DNA from: an uncultured Trueperaceae bacterium
Lineage (GTDB): Bacteria > Deinococcota > Deinococci > Deinococcales > Trueperaceae
Length of the DNA stretch: 64,000 nt
Reading direction: 5' to 3'
Assembly (NCBI GenBank): GCA_963799485.1
Contig: CAWCXJ010000001.1
Location: 1 to 64,000, forward strand
The notes under the pieces: generated by a model
Seen by the model: only the letters and a program-made list of their open reading frames with translations
Told to the model about the DNA's origin: nothing
Databases searched by the model: none
Program-made: the position numbers and the translations under genes
In this document: in pieces, positions 30,939 through 41,189 of the stretch
Layout: each line of letters starts with the position of its first letter
How positions within the stretch are numbered: position 1 is the first letter of the stretch

Positions 30939-32216
30939 ATGCGCGCAGTTGATTTTATCGAGCAAAAAAGACGTGGTGAGGTTCACACACAAGCAGACCT
31001 GGCCTCATTTATCACAGCTTACGTCGCGGGTGAGGTTCCTGATTATCAGGTCGCCGCGTGGCTGATGGCGGTTTATTTTCAGGGACTGGACCCGGCGGAA
31101 ACAGCTGAACTGACGCGCGCCATGGCGCACTCCGGCGACGTTTTAGACCTTTCGCGCCTTCCGAACACGGTCGATAAGCACTCGACGGGCGGGGTCGGTG
31201 ATAAGACGAGTTTGGTCCTCGCGCCGCTCCTCGCAGCTTGCGGCGCGACGGTCGCCAAGATGAGCGGGCGCGGACTCGGGCATACGGGCGGAACCGTAGA
31301 CAAACTCGAGAGCATCCCCGGTTTCCGGGCTGAACTTTCAGAGCATGATTTCTATACTCAGGCCCGTAGAATCGGCGTCGTCGTCACCGGACAATCGAAA
31401 GATTTGGCCCCGGCGGACGGTCTTTTGTACGCGCTCCGCGACGCTACCGCAACGGTCGGGTCGCTGCCTTTAATTGCGGCGTCGATCATGAGTAAAAAGC
31501 TCGCAGGTGGGGCGCAAAACCTCGTTTTGGACATAAAAGTCGGTGACGGCGCGTTTATGAAAACGCCCGCCGAGGCGCGAGCTCTGGCGCGCACGATGCA
31601 AGATATCGGCACGCATGCGGGGCGAAATGTTCAGACGCTGCTCACCGGGATGTCCGAGCCGCTCGGTCTGGCGGTCGGGAACGCCCTCGAGGTCACCGAA
31701 GCGGTACAGACCCTGCAAGGGGGCGGGCCGAGTGACCTGCTGGCGTTGTCTTTTGCTTTGGCTGAAAAAGGGCTGACGGCAGCGGGTCTGGACGCCGACC
31801 GGGGCAGGTTGGCAGCGGCGGTCGTAAGCGGGCGGGCTTACGAAAAATTTGAAAGCTGGATCGCCGCGCAGGGGGGCGAAGTGGGCGCATTGGGGCGGCT
31901 CGAGACCGCTCCTGAACAGCACTTATTACGCGCGGAGCGAAGCGGCTTTATTGCCGGACTCGGGGCGCTCGCGATTGGGCAGGCAGTCAAGGTTCTGGGC
32001 GGCGGTCGGGCGCAAAAAGGCGACACCATCGACCCCGGCGTCGGGGTGGTGCTACACGTGAAAGGCGGGGCCGAAGTGAGGCGCGGGGAGCCGCTGCTGA
32101 CGCTTTATCACCGGGGTAGAGGCCTGGAAGACGCCGTAAAACTTTTGGAAGGTGCGGTCACACTATCGAAAACCCGGGCCGAAGCACCGCCGCTTTTTCT
32201 GGACACGTCTGCTTGA
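30939..32216 (+). CDS. pdp: Pyrimidine-nucleoside/thymidine phosphorylase
   Basis: DKHSTGGVGDK, KMSGRGLGHTGGT and ASIMSKK. Confidence 0.93.
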   Translation: MRAVDFIEQKRRGEVHTQADLASFITAYVAGEVPDYQVAAWLMAVYFQGLDPAETAELTRAMAHSGDVLDLSRLPNTVDKHSTGGVGDKTSLVLAPLLAACGATVAKMSGRGLGHTGGTVDKLESIPGFRAELSEHDFYTQARRIGVVVTGQSKDLAPADGLLYALRDATATVGSLPLIAASIMSKKLAGGAQNLVLDIKVGDGAFMKTPAEARALARTMQDIGTHAGRNVQTLLTGMSEPLGLAVGNALEVTEAVQTLQGGGPSDLLALSFALAEKGLTAAGLDADRGRLAAAVVSGRAYEKFESWIAAQGGEVGALGRLETAPEQHLLRAERSGFIAGLGALAIGQAVKVLGGGRAQKGDTIDPGVGVVLHVKGGAEVRRGEPLLTLYHRGRGLEDAVKLLEGAVTLSKTRAEAPPLFLDTSA

Positions 32217-32219
32217 ACC

Positions 32220-32609
32220 ATGGGTGTGTTCTATCTGCCGCGAGAACTGCTGGAAGACGTCCGCGCACACGCCGCCGAAGCCGCGCCCGACGAATGCGTC
32301 GGGCTGCTTTTGGGCTGCTCTGCTCGAGTTGACCGAGTTTTGCGGTTGACGAACGTTTCCCCGACGCCGCAAACCCGGTTTTTTGCCGACCCGCAAGCGC
32401 TTTTTACGGCGCTTCAAGAGGCTGACCGGCGCGGTGAGCAGCTCTTGGGAAGCTATCATTCGCATCCCCAAACCGACGCGTTACCGTCTCTAAGCGACCT
32501 CGCCGGGGCGCAGGGTAAAACCGTTCAGCTCATCGTCGGGCGGGACACGGTGAGGGTCTTCAGGCTTTACGGCGGGGTGGCGACGGAACTCGAGCTGAAG
32601 CTGCTGTAA
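32220..32609 (+). CDS. JAB/JAMM (Mov34, M67) metalloprotease
   Basis: E-CVGLL...YHSHP...PSLSD JAMM motif. Confidence 0.9.
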   Translation: MGVFYLPRELLEDVRAHAAEAAPDECVGLLLGCSARVDRVLRLTNVSPTPQTRFFADPQALFTALQEADRRGEQLLGSYHSHPQTDALPSLSDLAGAQGKTVQLIVGRDTVRVFRLYGGVATELELKLL

Positions 32610-32627
32610 GCTCGAGCCTAGGAGGAC

Positions 32628-33257
32628 TTGATGAAGGTCTTGGTCGCAGGTGCCAGCGGAAAAACGGGTCGGTTGGTCGTGGAAAAACTGCTGGCGCAAC
32701 AACAAGAGGTGCGGGCGCTCGTGCGGCGTGAAGAGGCGGCGTTAGAACTAAAAGCGCTCGGCGCAGAAACCGTCGTCGCCGACCTGACCGGCGACGTTGC
32801 CCACACTTTGACAGGCTGCGAAGCGGTCGTTTTCGCTGCCGGGGCCGGCATGAGCGGCGACCCCGAAGCGGTCGATTACCGGGGCGCAGTCAAACTCATC
32901 GAGGCGGCGGCGGCGCAAGGTGTCTCCCGGTTCGTGATGGTTTCGTCGCTCGGGACGGGTTACGCGGAGCGGATGCCGGAAATGCTCAAGCCTTACTTGG
33001 GGGCCAAACGCAAAGCTGAAAAGGTGCTGGAGGAAAGTTCGCTCGACTACACCACCGTAAAACCGGGTGGCCTGACCGACGCCGACGGGACGGGCAAAGT
33101 TGCTGTTGCAGAGACGCTGGAGCAGAGCGGCATGATTTCTCGGGTCGATGTCGCAGAGATTGTCGCTGAAGTTTTGCTTAACGAGCTGGCTCTTAAAACG
33201 TCGTTCGAGGTCGTCAGTGGCGATACGCCCATCGCCGACGCGCTCGCTACGCTGTAG
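32628..33257 (+). CDS. NAD(P)H-binding atypical SDR oxidoreductase
   Basis: VLVAGASGKTG, YLGAK and KPGGLTD. Confidence 0.88.
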   Translation: MMKVLVAGASGKTGRLVVEKLLAQQQEVRALVRREEAALELKALGAETVVADLTGDVAHTLTGCEAVVFAAGAGMSGDPEAVDYRGAVKLIEAAAAQGVSRFVMVSSLGTGYAERMPEMLKPYLGAKRKAEKVLEESSLDYTTVKPGGLTDADGTGKVAVAETLEQSGMISRVDVAEIVAEVLLNELALKTSFEVVSGDTPIADALATL

Positions 33258-33259
33258 CG

Positions 33260-34066
33260 GTGTTTAGCAAAACCCAACTCGACCGTTACAGCCGCCAGCT
33301 TATCCTGCCCGGTGTCGGCGCGGCGGGTCAGCAAAAGCTTTTAGACGCTCGAGTTCTGGTCGTCGGCGCGGGTGGGCTGGGGTCGCCGGTTCTTTTATAT
33401 CTGGCGGCGGCGGGCGTCGGGACGCTCGGCGTCGTGGATAACGACCGCGTAGAGCTGAGTAACCTTCAGCGGCAAGTTATCCACAGCGTTGAGACGTTGG
33501 GTGCTGAGAAGGTAGCGTCGGCTAAAGCGCGTGTGGCAGCACTCAACCCGGACGTGCTGGTCGTGACCCACCCCACCCGCTTGACCGCTGAGAACGCCGT
33601 AAAACTGCTCTCGCCGTATGACCTCATCATCGACGGTTCCGACAACCTGCCGACGCGCTACCTCGTTTCGGACGCGTGTGTGCTGCTCGGCAAACCGTTT
33701 TTGTACGGCGCGATGGCGCAGTTTGAAGGGCAAATGAGCCTGCTACACGCGGCGGCTGCGGGTATTACCGGCCCGTGTTACCGCTGCCTCTATCCGGAGC
33801 CGCCGCCCGCCGACACCGTGCTGAGCTGCGCCGAAGGCGGCGTGTTCGGGGCGTTACCCGGGGTTGTCGGCACTTTGATGGCGACCGAAACCATCAAACA
33901 TATCGTGGGTTTGGAGGCGAGCACTTCGGGCAAGCTGACACACTACGACGCGCTTTCCGGAACGTTTCAGAGTATCAAACTGAGGCGTAACCCGGCGTGC
34001 CCGAGTTGTGGCGAAGCGCCGAGTATTCAAACGTTGGGTGACGCAGAACCTTTTTGTAAAAGCTAG
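33260..34066 (+). CDS. MoeB/ThiF-family adenylyltransferase (E1-like, no rhodanese domain)
   Basis: RYSRQ, VGAGGLG, SNLQRQ, CYRCLYP, SCAEGGV and CPSCG. Confidence 0.92.
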   Translation: MFSKTQLDRYSRQLILPGVGAAGQQKLLDARVLVVGAGGLGSPVLLYLAAAGVGTLGVVDNDRVELSNLQRQVIHSVETLGAEKVASAKARVAALNPDVLVVTHPTRLTAENAVKLLSPYDLIIDGSDNLPTRYLVSDACVLLGKPFLYGAMAQFEGQMSLLHAAAAGITGPCYRCLYPEPPPADTVLSCAEGGVFGALPGVVGTLMATETIKHIVGLEASTSGKLTHYDALSGTFQSIKLRRNPACPSCGEAPSIQTLGDAEPFCKS

Positions 34067-34207
34067 CTTGTCTTAGTTTAGCGAGATACATTCGGCAACC
34101 CGGCCTATCAAATAGCGGGTAAATACACTACAGACGGCTGAAAGCGCCCTCGCTCACGTGGTAGCTTGGCCTAACCTGCCTTGAAGTGTCGAGGCTGGAG
34201 GTGAAAG

Positions 34208-35212
34208 ATGCACAAGATTTTGCTGATTCCCGGTGACGGGATTGGGCTCGAGGTCACGCCCGCCGCCGAAAAACTTTTGCGGGCGACCGGCTTGCCGTTG
34301 GAAATTAGCTACGCCGACGCCGGTTGGGACACCTTCCAAAAAACCGGTAACAGCGTTCCCGACGAGACCTTGGAAAAGGTCAAGGCCGCCGACGCGACGC
34401 TTGCCGGGGCGTTTACCAGCCCGAGCGGAAGCCAGAAAGTACCGGGGTTTCAGGGGGCGATTCGTTACATGCGCCGTACCCTTGAGCTTTTTGCAAACCT
34501 GCGTCCGGCAAAGTCGCGGCCTATTCCGGGCTCGCTCCAAAACGTCGATATGCTGATGGTGCGCGAAAACACCCAGGGGCTTTACGTCGAGCAAGAAAGG
34601 CGTTACGGCGACGTGGCGATTGCCGACTGTGTGATTACCAAAAGTGCGTCGGAACGGGTGGCGCGAGTAGCGCTCCAAGAGGCACAGAAGCGGCGGGGCG
34701 AGCTTGCCGTCATTCACAAGGCGAACGTGCTGCCGCTGACGACGGGGTTGTTTCTCGAGACCGCCTTGGAGGTTGCCCAAGCATTCCCGGATGTCCACGC
34801 TTTTGATGTCATCGTCGACGCCGCCGCCATGAAGCTCGTGCGCGACCCGCACAGCTTCGATGTGCTGGTGACAACCAACCTTTTCGGGGACATCTTGTCG
34901 GATTTGATGGCGGGGCTCGTCGGTGGTTTAGGGCTTGCGCCGAGCGCCAACCTAGGCGAGCAGCACGCGATTTTTGAACCCGTTCACGGCAGCGCCCCCG
35001 ACATTGCCGGACGCGGTATTGCCAATCCTGCCGCGATGTTTCTGACTGCTGCGATGATGTTAAACCACCTCGGCGAAACCGAAACCGCCGTAAAAATCGA
35101 CCGGGCGGTAGACGAAATTCTGGAAAACGGCCCACGTACCGGTGATTTGGGCGGGAAAGCGACGACAGACGAGTTTACGGGCGCGGTTATAGGTGCGTAC
35201 AGGCAGCTTTAG
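34208..35212 (+). CDS. Homoisocitrate dehydrogenase (Thermus/Deinococcus type)
   Basis: [39 protein letters not shown] and [13 protein letters not shown], closely recalling Thermus HICDH. Confidence 0.85.
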   Translation: MHKILLIPGDGIGLEVTPAAEKLLRATGLPLEISYADAGWDTFQKTGNSVPDETLEKVKAADATLAGAFTSPSGSQKVPGFQGAIRYMRRTLELFANLRPAKSRPIPGSLQNVDMLMVRENTQGLYVEQERRYGDVAIADCVITKSASERVARVALQEAQKRRGELAVIHKANVLPLTTGLFLETALEVAQAFPDVHAFDVIVDAAAMKLVRDPHSFDVLVTTNLFGDILSDLMAGLVGGLGLAPSANLGEQHAIFEPVHGSAPDIAGRGIANPAAMFLTAAMMLNHLGETETAVKIDRAVDEILENGPRTGDLGGKATTDEFTGAVIGAYRQL

Positions 35213-35298
35213 CAGTACGGTTTACACCTGTCTGATTTTCATCTAAGTGATTTCCAGCTTTTGCTCGAGGACATCCGCGAGCACCTTGCTGTGGTTTT

Positions 35299-35367
35299 CT
35301 AGAGGGTGTTTGAAAAACCCCCCTACTGATGTTTGAGTAGGGGGTGAATGATAAAACAAAAGCAGTA
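35299..35367 (+). mobile_element. Probable orphan IS end fragment
   Basis: CTAGAGGGTGTTTGAAAA followed by hairpin CCCCCTACT..AGTAGGGGG, directly abutting the IS1595 IR. Confidence 0.4.
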
Positions 35368-36386
35368 GGCTCTTCCTGCGTTTCAAGGAGCTACCAGAAC
35401 CTCAATGAGGGACGGTAATAGTGCCCTACCCCGGCTCCTAACGTTGTGGACGAACTCGAAGAAGCCCAAATAGAGTGGCAACTTTTCTTGCGAGATGCCG
35501 CGATGGGAGCGAAGCCAAGAGCGCAGTAGCGACCAGAAGCCCTCAATGCTGTTGACATGCACCTCATGAAAGCCATCGCCATCTTGCGGGCATACTCACC
35601 GGCAGAGTGGTTGACGGCTTGGTGCTCGTATCCCCACTGCTCCAAGCGGTCATAGATGCAGTACTCGTCAGTGTAGATAAGGCTGCCCCTGGAAATGAAG
35701 CTTTTGATGAATGGCGCGATAGTCTTCTGCTTTACGTTGGCAAGCATCTTGATCACTACCTCACCGTTGCGTTGCAGCATCCCTAGCACAGGAGGCTTCT
35801 CCTTCTCAAGCGTGCCTCTTCCGCGGCTTCCTTTGAGTCTGCGCCTTCGTCCCTGACGCTCCTTGTTCTTGACCGCCTGAGCTTGTCCCTTGTGACCCGC
35901 AACGATATACACCTCATCGCACTCTACGGTTCCTAATAGCTCGACAGGCTTTTTTTCGCCACCACGCCCTCACGAAGCTGGCTGGTCATCTGCTGCACAT
36001 CATCCTCGTTCAAATCTAGCTCTTTGGCAATCTGCCGATTGGAGAGATTCAGACCCATGAAATACAGGCACAGCACCCATACCTTCAGCGGCTGATGATG
36101 GCCTTCAAAGACGGTATCGGTAAGATCGTCGAACCGAGCACAGCACCTTCCCTGACAAACGTAGCGTTGGCGATGCGGCTGGGTGCTGTGAAAGCCTCGC
36201 TTGATGATCCTCTCTGACCCGCAGCTTGGGCACTTCACCCCACCAGGCCAACGTAGCTTGCGCACTTCCTCGAAACACTTGGCGTCATCCACCAAGACCT
36301 GGATGTTCAGCATTCGTCGAGTCTAACGGTGATTCTGCCCGTGTTGCAACGGCTTTACATTACCTCCTTGGAATCCATTAAGAGCC
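35368..36386 (-). mobile_element. IS1595-family element (orfA 35933..36313, orfB with an extra frameshift near 35585)
   Basis: 23-bp IRs GGCTCTTCCTGCGTTTCAAGGAG / GGCTCTTAATGGATTCCAAGGAG (18/23). RWPGGVKCPSC zinc ribbon, IYTDEY, VNHSAGEY, then HVNSIEGFWSLLR in another frame. Confidence 0.9.
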
Positions 36387-36561
36387 AACTTGTTTACTGA
36401 CAGATTTCAGCAAGGCGCAGTGTTCATCTAACTGAGCCTTGCCGAATTTGCAGGTTACAAAGGTGCTACGCTGCGCGTTTTGACGAAACGGCAGCTTCGC
36501 TTTGCAAGGGCAGCAGTAAGGTGCTCGCTCGTTACTGCCTAAAGTGCCGCGCGCCGGGGGG

Positions 36562-37041
36562 TTACTCGAGGTTTACGTCCACCACCGTGTAATTCACCTG
36601 ATTTCGGCCCATTTTAAGTTTTACGTGGTCGCCGCTCCGCCGCCCCAGGAGTTCACGGCCCAAAGGCGACTCGTCCGAGATGCGGTTTTCTAAAATATCC
36701 GCCTCGTGTGTACCGACAAGCTGATAGGTGACTTGAGCGCCGCCTTCATCTTCCAGCACGAGGCTTGCGCCGAGCCGGGCGACCGCTTCCTCGCCGGCTC
36801 TGGCCTCGACCACGACGGCGCGGTGGATAATCTCCTCGAGGTCGGCGATGCGCGCTTCGTTGGCGCTCTGCTCCATCCGGGCCTCGTCGTAGGCGGCGCT
36901 TTCGCGGAGGTCGCCGTCGGCAATCGCAGTACCCATATTGTCTGAAATCTGCTGCCGTTTGACCTCGACTAGGTACCTGAGCTCTTCTTTGATCTTTTCA
37001 AACCCCTGCGGGGTCAGCTGTACGGGTTTTTTCGTCATCAC
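36562..37041 (-). CDS. greA: Transcription elongation factor GreA
   Basis: LTPQGFEKIKEEL, GDLRESAAYDEAR and ISDESPLG. Confidence 0.9.
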   Translation of the reverse strand: MMTKKPVQLTPQGFEKIKEELRYLVEVKRQQISDNMGTAIADGDLRESAAYDEARMEQSANEARIADLEEIIHRAVVVEARAGEEAVARLGASLVLEDEGGAQVTYQLVGTHEADILENRISDESPLGRELLGRRSGDHVKLKMGRNQVNYTVVDVNLE

Positions 37042-37214
37042 GCAACCTTTCGTTCTCTGTAGGGTTCAAGCTCTGTCCAGTTTAGTGCATAGTTCAAAAC
37101 CTGTTGTGGCTTAGCCCATTATAAGGTGCGCGGGCGTCCTTGCCAAAGGCAGCGTACAGAACAGCTCGGTAGGGACGGCGTGTTATAAGATACCCGCCAT
37201 CAGGAGGCTGGGTT

Positions 37215-37679
37215 ATGACACGCGACATCAAGGTCACAAAAGAGGGGTTGGCGAGGCTCGAGGCGCAGCTTCAGGACGAACAGGGGCGCTTGGAAGAGGC
37301 GACGCACATCTTGCAAGAGCTGACTGTTTCGTCTAACGACTACGAAGATTCGGGGCTCGAGGACGCTCGCGTAGAAAAAGCACGGCTCGAGGCCCGTGTG
37401 GACGATCTCGAAGACCAGCTCCGCCGCGCCGTCGTGATCGCCGACTACGCGCGCACGCAAGTCGATTTAGGGTCGGTCGTCACGCTAAAAAGCGGCGCGG
37501 AAACCCTGCAAGTGCAGCTCGTATCACCCGTCGAGGCGGTTGTGACCGGCGACGACATCCCGCACATCTCGGACGCGTCGCCGCTCGGTCAGGCGCTTTT
37601 TGGGCGCAAGGTCGGCGAAACATTCACGCTTACGACGGGTCGCCGCAGCACCGACTACGAGGTCACGGAAATACGCTAA
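37215..37679 (+). CDS. gfh1: Gre-factor homologue Gfh1 (RNA polymerase inhibitor)
   Basis: Tip DYEDSGLEDAR in place of GDLxEN; ISDASPLG; divergent from greA. Confidence 0.82.
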   Translation: MTRDIKVTKEGLARLEAQLQDEQGRLEEATHILQELTVSSNDYEDSGLEDARVEKARLEARVDDLEDQLRRAVVIADYARTQVDLGSVVTLKSGAETLQVQLVSPVEAVVTGDDIPHISDASPLGQALFGRKVGETFTLTTGRRSTDYEVTEIR

Positions 37680-37706
37680 GGAACGCTCAGGCAGGTAAGC
37701 TAAGGT

Positions 37707-39206
37707 ATGGAACGACCCGAACAGAAGTCTTTGTCTGAACAGCGCGAGCAGCGACTCCGAAACCTAGAGTCGCTGCGCGAGCGCGGTTTTGAGCCCTACC
37801 CTTATATGTACCGTCCAACGCATACCGCTGCCGAGTTGCACGCCGCGCACCCCAAAGAGGGGCTCGAGCCGGGTACGCACTTTGACGAAACCGTTACGGT
37901 GGCGGGCCGGGTGATGCTCCTGCGCGGGATGGGTAAGGCGAGCTTTGCGACCCTTCAGGACGCGTCGGGGCAGCTTCAGGCATACTTTCAAAAAGATGCG
38001 CTTACTGAGTACAACGCGCTCAAGAAGGTTGATCTAGGCGACTGGCTAGAGGTCTCCGGCCCGCTTTTCGTCACCAAAACCGGCGAACTGACGGTGCAGG
38101 CGACGGATTTTCGCCCGCTCGTCAAATCACTCCGCCCCTTGCCCGATAAATACCACGGTTTGACGGGCAAAGAAGCGCGTTACCGCCAGCGTCACCTCGA
38201 TCTGATGGTCTCGCCCGAGGTCAAACGGGCGTTTGTGCTGCGCTCCAAGGCGGTGTCGTTTATCCGGCGTTATTTAGATGATTTAGGCTTTCTCGAGGTC
38301 GAAACGCCCGTACTGCAAAGCGTTCCCGGGGGCGCGGAGGCGCGGCCTTTTGTCACGCATCACAACGCCCTCTCGCACGACTTTCACCTGCGAATATCCC
38401 TCGAGCTTTACCTCAAACGCCTGATTATCGGCGGTTTCGGTGCAGTGTACGAAATCGGGCGTAATTTTCGCAACGAGGGTGTCTCGCACAAGCACAACCC
38501 CGAATACACGATGCTGGAGCTTTACTGGGCGGGCCGCGATTATCTGGACATCTTGAAGTTGGTTGAGGAGCTGTATAGCAAGCTGATTCAGGCGCTGACC
38601 GGCTCCATGAAGCTCAGCTATCAGGGCACCGAACTCGACTTTACCCCGCCGTGGCCCCGCGTCGATTACACGTCTGAACTCGAAAAGCGCGCCGGCATGG
38701 ACTTCAGCCTGCTCGACGAAGCCAAGCTGCGGGCGTGGGTCGCTGAACAGCACCCGCCTAAAGACGGGGGAGAGGCGCTCTCCGAACGACCGCTCGGCGA
38801 AATATACAACAAGCTTTACGACATCTACCTCGAGCCGTACCTGGAGCAGCCCACCTTCGTCATGGATCACCCGCTCGCCATCAGCCCGCTCGCCAAAATC
38901 CACCGTTCCCGCCCCGGTTTAGTCGAGCGTTTCGAGCCGGTCTGCGCCGGGATGGAACTCGGGAACGCCTTTAGCGAACTCAACGACCCCATCGACCAAC
39001 GGGCGCGTTTTGAAGCGCAGCAAGCCCTGCGCGATGCGGGCGATGACGAGGCGCACCCCATAGACGAGGACTTTTTGGCGGCTTTGGAGTACGGGATGCC
39101 GCCGACGGGTGGTTTAGGACTCGGTATCGACCGTCTGGCGATGCTTTTAGCCGACGTACCGAGCATCCGCGACGTGATTTTGTTTCCGCTTCTGAAACCG
39201 GAGTAG
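37707..39206 (+). CDS. lysS: Lysine--tRNA ligase (class II)
   Basis: RYRQRHLDL, GGAEARPF, FRNEG, ELNDP and YGMPPTGGLGLGIDRL. Confidence 0.97.
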   Translation: MERPEQKSLSEQREQRLRNLESLRERGFEPYPYMYRPTHTAAELHAAHPKEGLEPGTHFDETVTVAGRVMLLRGMGKASFATLQDASGQLQAYFQKDALTEYNALKKVDLGDWLEVSGPLFVTKTGELTVQATDFRPLVKSLRPLPDKYHGLTGKEARYRQRHLDLMVSPEVKRAFVLRSKAVSFIRRYLDDLGFLEVETPVLQSVPGGAEARPFVTHHNALSHDFHLRISLELYLKRLIIGGFGAVYEIGRNFRNEGVSHKHNPEYTMLELYWAGRDYLDILKLVEELYSKLIQALTGSMKLSYQGTELDFTPPWPRVDYTSELEKRAGMDFSLLDEAKLRAWVAEQHPPKDGGEALSERPLGEIYNKLYDIYLEPYLEQPTFVMDHPLAISPLAKIHRSRPGLVERFEPVCAGMELGNAFSELNDPIDQRARFEAQQALRDAGDDEAHPIDEDFLAALEYGMPPTGGLGLGIDRLAMLLADVPSIRDVILFPLLKPE

Positions 39207-39493
39207 GGGTGTTTCTTGCGCCTCTCACAGTACCGAGACCATACCGAAACACAGTACCGAGAGGCTGCAACCGAACGTACAGCTTGTGCCCGTAAACCGT
39301 TTGGGCCGAGATAAAGTCGGGTTCAAGCTACTTCGGTTTACCCCGCCCTGACTGGCTCGCCTTGCCGGATGTACTAAGTTCTTGGATATAGGCGTCGCCC
39401 GAGGATAACCCGCTTGGCGCGAACATGCTGACCCACCGCTTTTTCAGTGGTGCTAGACCAAGGCTCCGGCAAAGCATCGACGCCGCCTATGCC

Positions 39494-39530
39494 AAAAAAA
39501 GAGGTGGGGCGCGAAGCCCCACCTCTTTTT
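39494..39530. terminator. Bidirectional intrinsic terminator
   Basis: A7-GAGGTGGGGC-gcgaa-GCCCCACCTC-T5 between convergent genes. Confidence 0.88.
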
Positions 39531-39586
39531 ATCTCGGTTCACTATCTTGTTGTGCTGGCCTCTTGTTACGTTAGCCGTACCTTACG

Positions 39587-40579
39587 CTAGCGGTACCGGG
39601 CGAACTCCGAGTGGCGCTTGAACCAGTCGGCGCGGGCTTTTTCCCAGACGCGCTTGTCGGTCGTAATCTTAAAGCACGAAGAGCTGTTGCGCTTAAGGTA
39701 GTTGAGGTAGCGCTTGTCCCCACCGGTGTAGACGATGGTGTTGTTCCGGCATGAACCACCGTTAAGAACCTTGCGTTCGATCTTGCCACCGTCGCGGTTG
39801 GGCAGATAAAAGACGTTGTTGCTCAGGTTCAGCTTGCAGTAGTTTTTGCCTCTGGTCGTGACTTTGAGGAGGTCGTTGCTACGCCCTTTAAGTGAGATGA
39901 GGCTGTTTTTGACGTTGAAGTTGTACATGCGAATTTTGGTGTAGCTTTTACCTTCGCGGCGGCAAGACAACCCGGTAAACGCGCTGTCTACCAAGATATT
40001 GTCGACTGTACCGTCGTTGAAGCGGTCGTTTTCGACGCCGTCGTCGCCGGCGCGACCGACATAAGAATGTTCGATGCGAAAGTTTTGGTTTTTCTGCTTG
40101 ATCGAAAAACCGTCTCCGACGATTTTACCACCTACACCTACCGCGACGTTTTGAACAGTCAGGTTTTGATTGTCCGCAAAGTACAGCCCGTGGCTCGAGT
40201 GCGATTTGCTCCACGAAGCCGAGACGCTCATGTTGGCACCGTAGGTTCCACCTGAAATGCACAGAAACCCACGGTTGTAGCTACCGACGAAGGGATTCTT
40301 GTTGTCCCGAACCGTTACGCCGCGACCATCGACAATGACGTTACGCTGTCTAAAAACACGTCCCCGCTGGTTGTTTTTCAGTTTGATCTTTTTGCCACTG
40401 CGGTTAAGGCAGCTGTTCGCCTGAGGCGCAAGCTCGGGTTGCGAAGGTGCAAGCTCGGGTTGCGTCGGTACATCGGCGTTGAGGACGCTGCTACAAGCTG
40501 CCAGCAGTAGTGTGGCAGAAACCGCAAGATATTTAACCCAGCCCCTGGCGCGCGTTACTTCAGGTGTACGATTCGTCAT
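39587..40579 (-). CDS. Basic lipoprotein with probable right-handed beta-helix (pectin-lyase-like fold)
   Basis: Lipobox LLAAC, duplicated P(T/S)QPELA linker, GDGFS, GDDGVEND and many Asn-ladder-like repeats. Confidence 0.65.
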   Translation of the reverse strand: MTNRTPEVTRARGWVKYLAVSATLLLAACSSVLNADVPTQPELAPSQPELAPQANSCLNRSGKKIKLKNNQRGRVFRQRNVIVDGRGVTVRDNKNPFVGSYNRGFLCISGGTYGANMSVSASWSKSHSSHGLYFADNQNLTVQNVAVGVGGKIVGDGFSIKQKNQNFRIEHSYVGRAGDDGVENDRFNDGTVDNILVDSAFTGLSCRREGKSYTKIRMYNFNVKNSLISLKGRSNDLLKVTTRGKNYCKLNLSNNVFYLPNRDGGKIERKVLNGGSCRNNTIVYTGGDKRYLNYLKRNSSSCFKITTDKRVWEKARADWFKRHSEFARYR

Positions 40580-41189
40580 ATTCAATATCCTTTTCCTCTC
40601 CGCTACCCTTGACGCACGTTTAACCCGTGCGCTTCGAACCAGCATCGATTGGGGAGACTTTTGTGCAGCAAAGGCCGACCGATCTGCCGATACTCTGCTC
40701 GCACGTTGTTCGATTCCGGTTGAGGGGAGGCCATCCGCTCAACACCTGTACGAACGTATCGTATGCTTTTATGAAGATTATTAAGTCTATATGGCAATTA
40801 TATGAAATTTGACCCAATAACTTTTCATCATACCAAGCACTAAGGCCGACGACCAACCAACTTCGTGGAACGTGCAATCGTTCGGAAATGTCCTCATTTT
40901 AGCGTGTTCGGACGCTGTTGTTACAGCTAATGTGGTTTCCTTGGTAGCAAAATGCTGGCGAGACCGGTAACAGAAACGCCAGCAGCGGGACTCGCAAACA
41001 GCCAACTTCAAGTCGCTCCGATTGCACCTTTGGTCAATCTACAGTTGTCCGCAACCTCTGGACTCCGGTCTTTTAGAGCTTGCCTGTAAGCTGACGACCG
41101 CTGCCTAAAGCTTAAAGCTGTATCCCTCGGACGTACGACGTACTCCCGGCACTGTACGGCTCACGTCGCGCGTTTTTACGGGGCGGTTT

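Noticed and set aside
32220..34066. CBASS or other E1/JAB anti-phage system
   Set aside because: No CD-NTase, E2 or effector; the E1 is a plain MoeB/ThiF type in housekeeping context.
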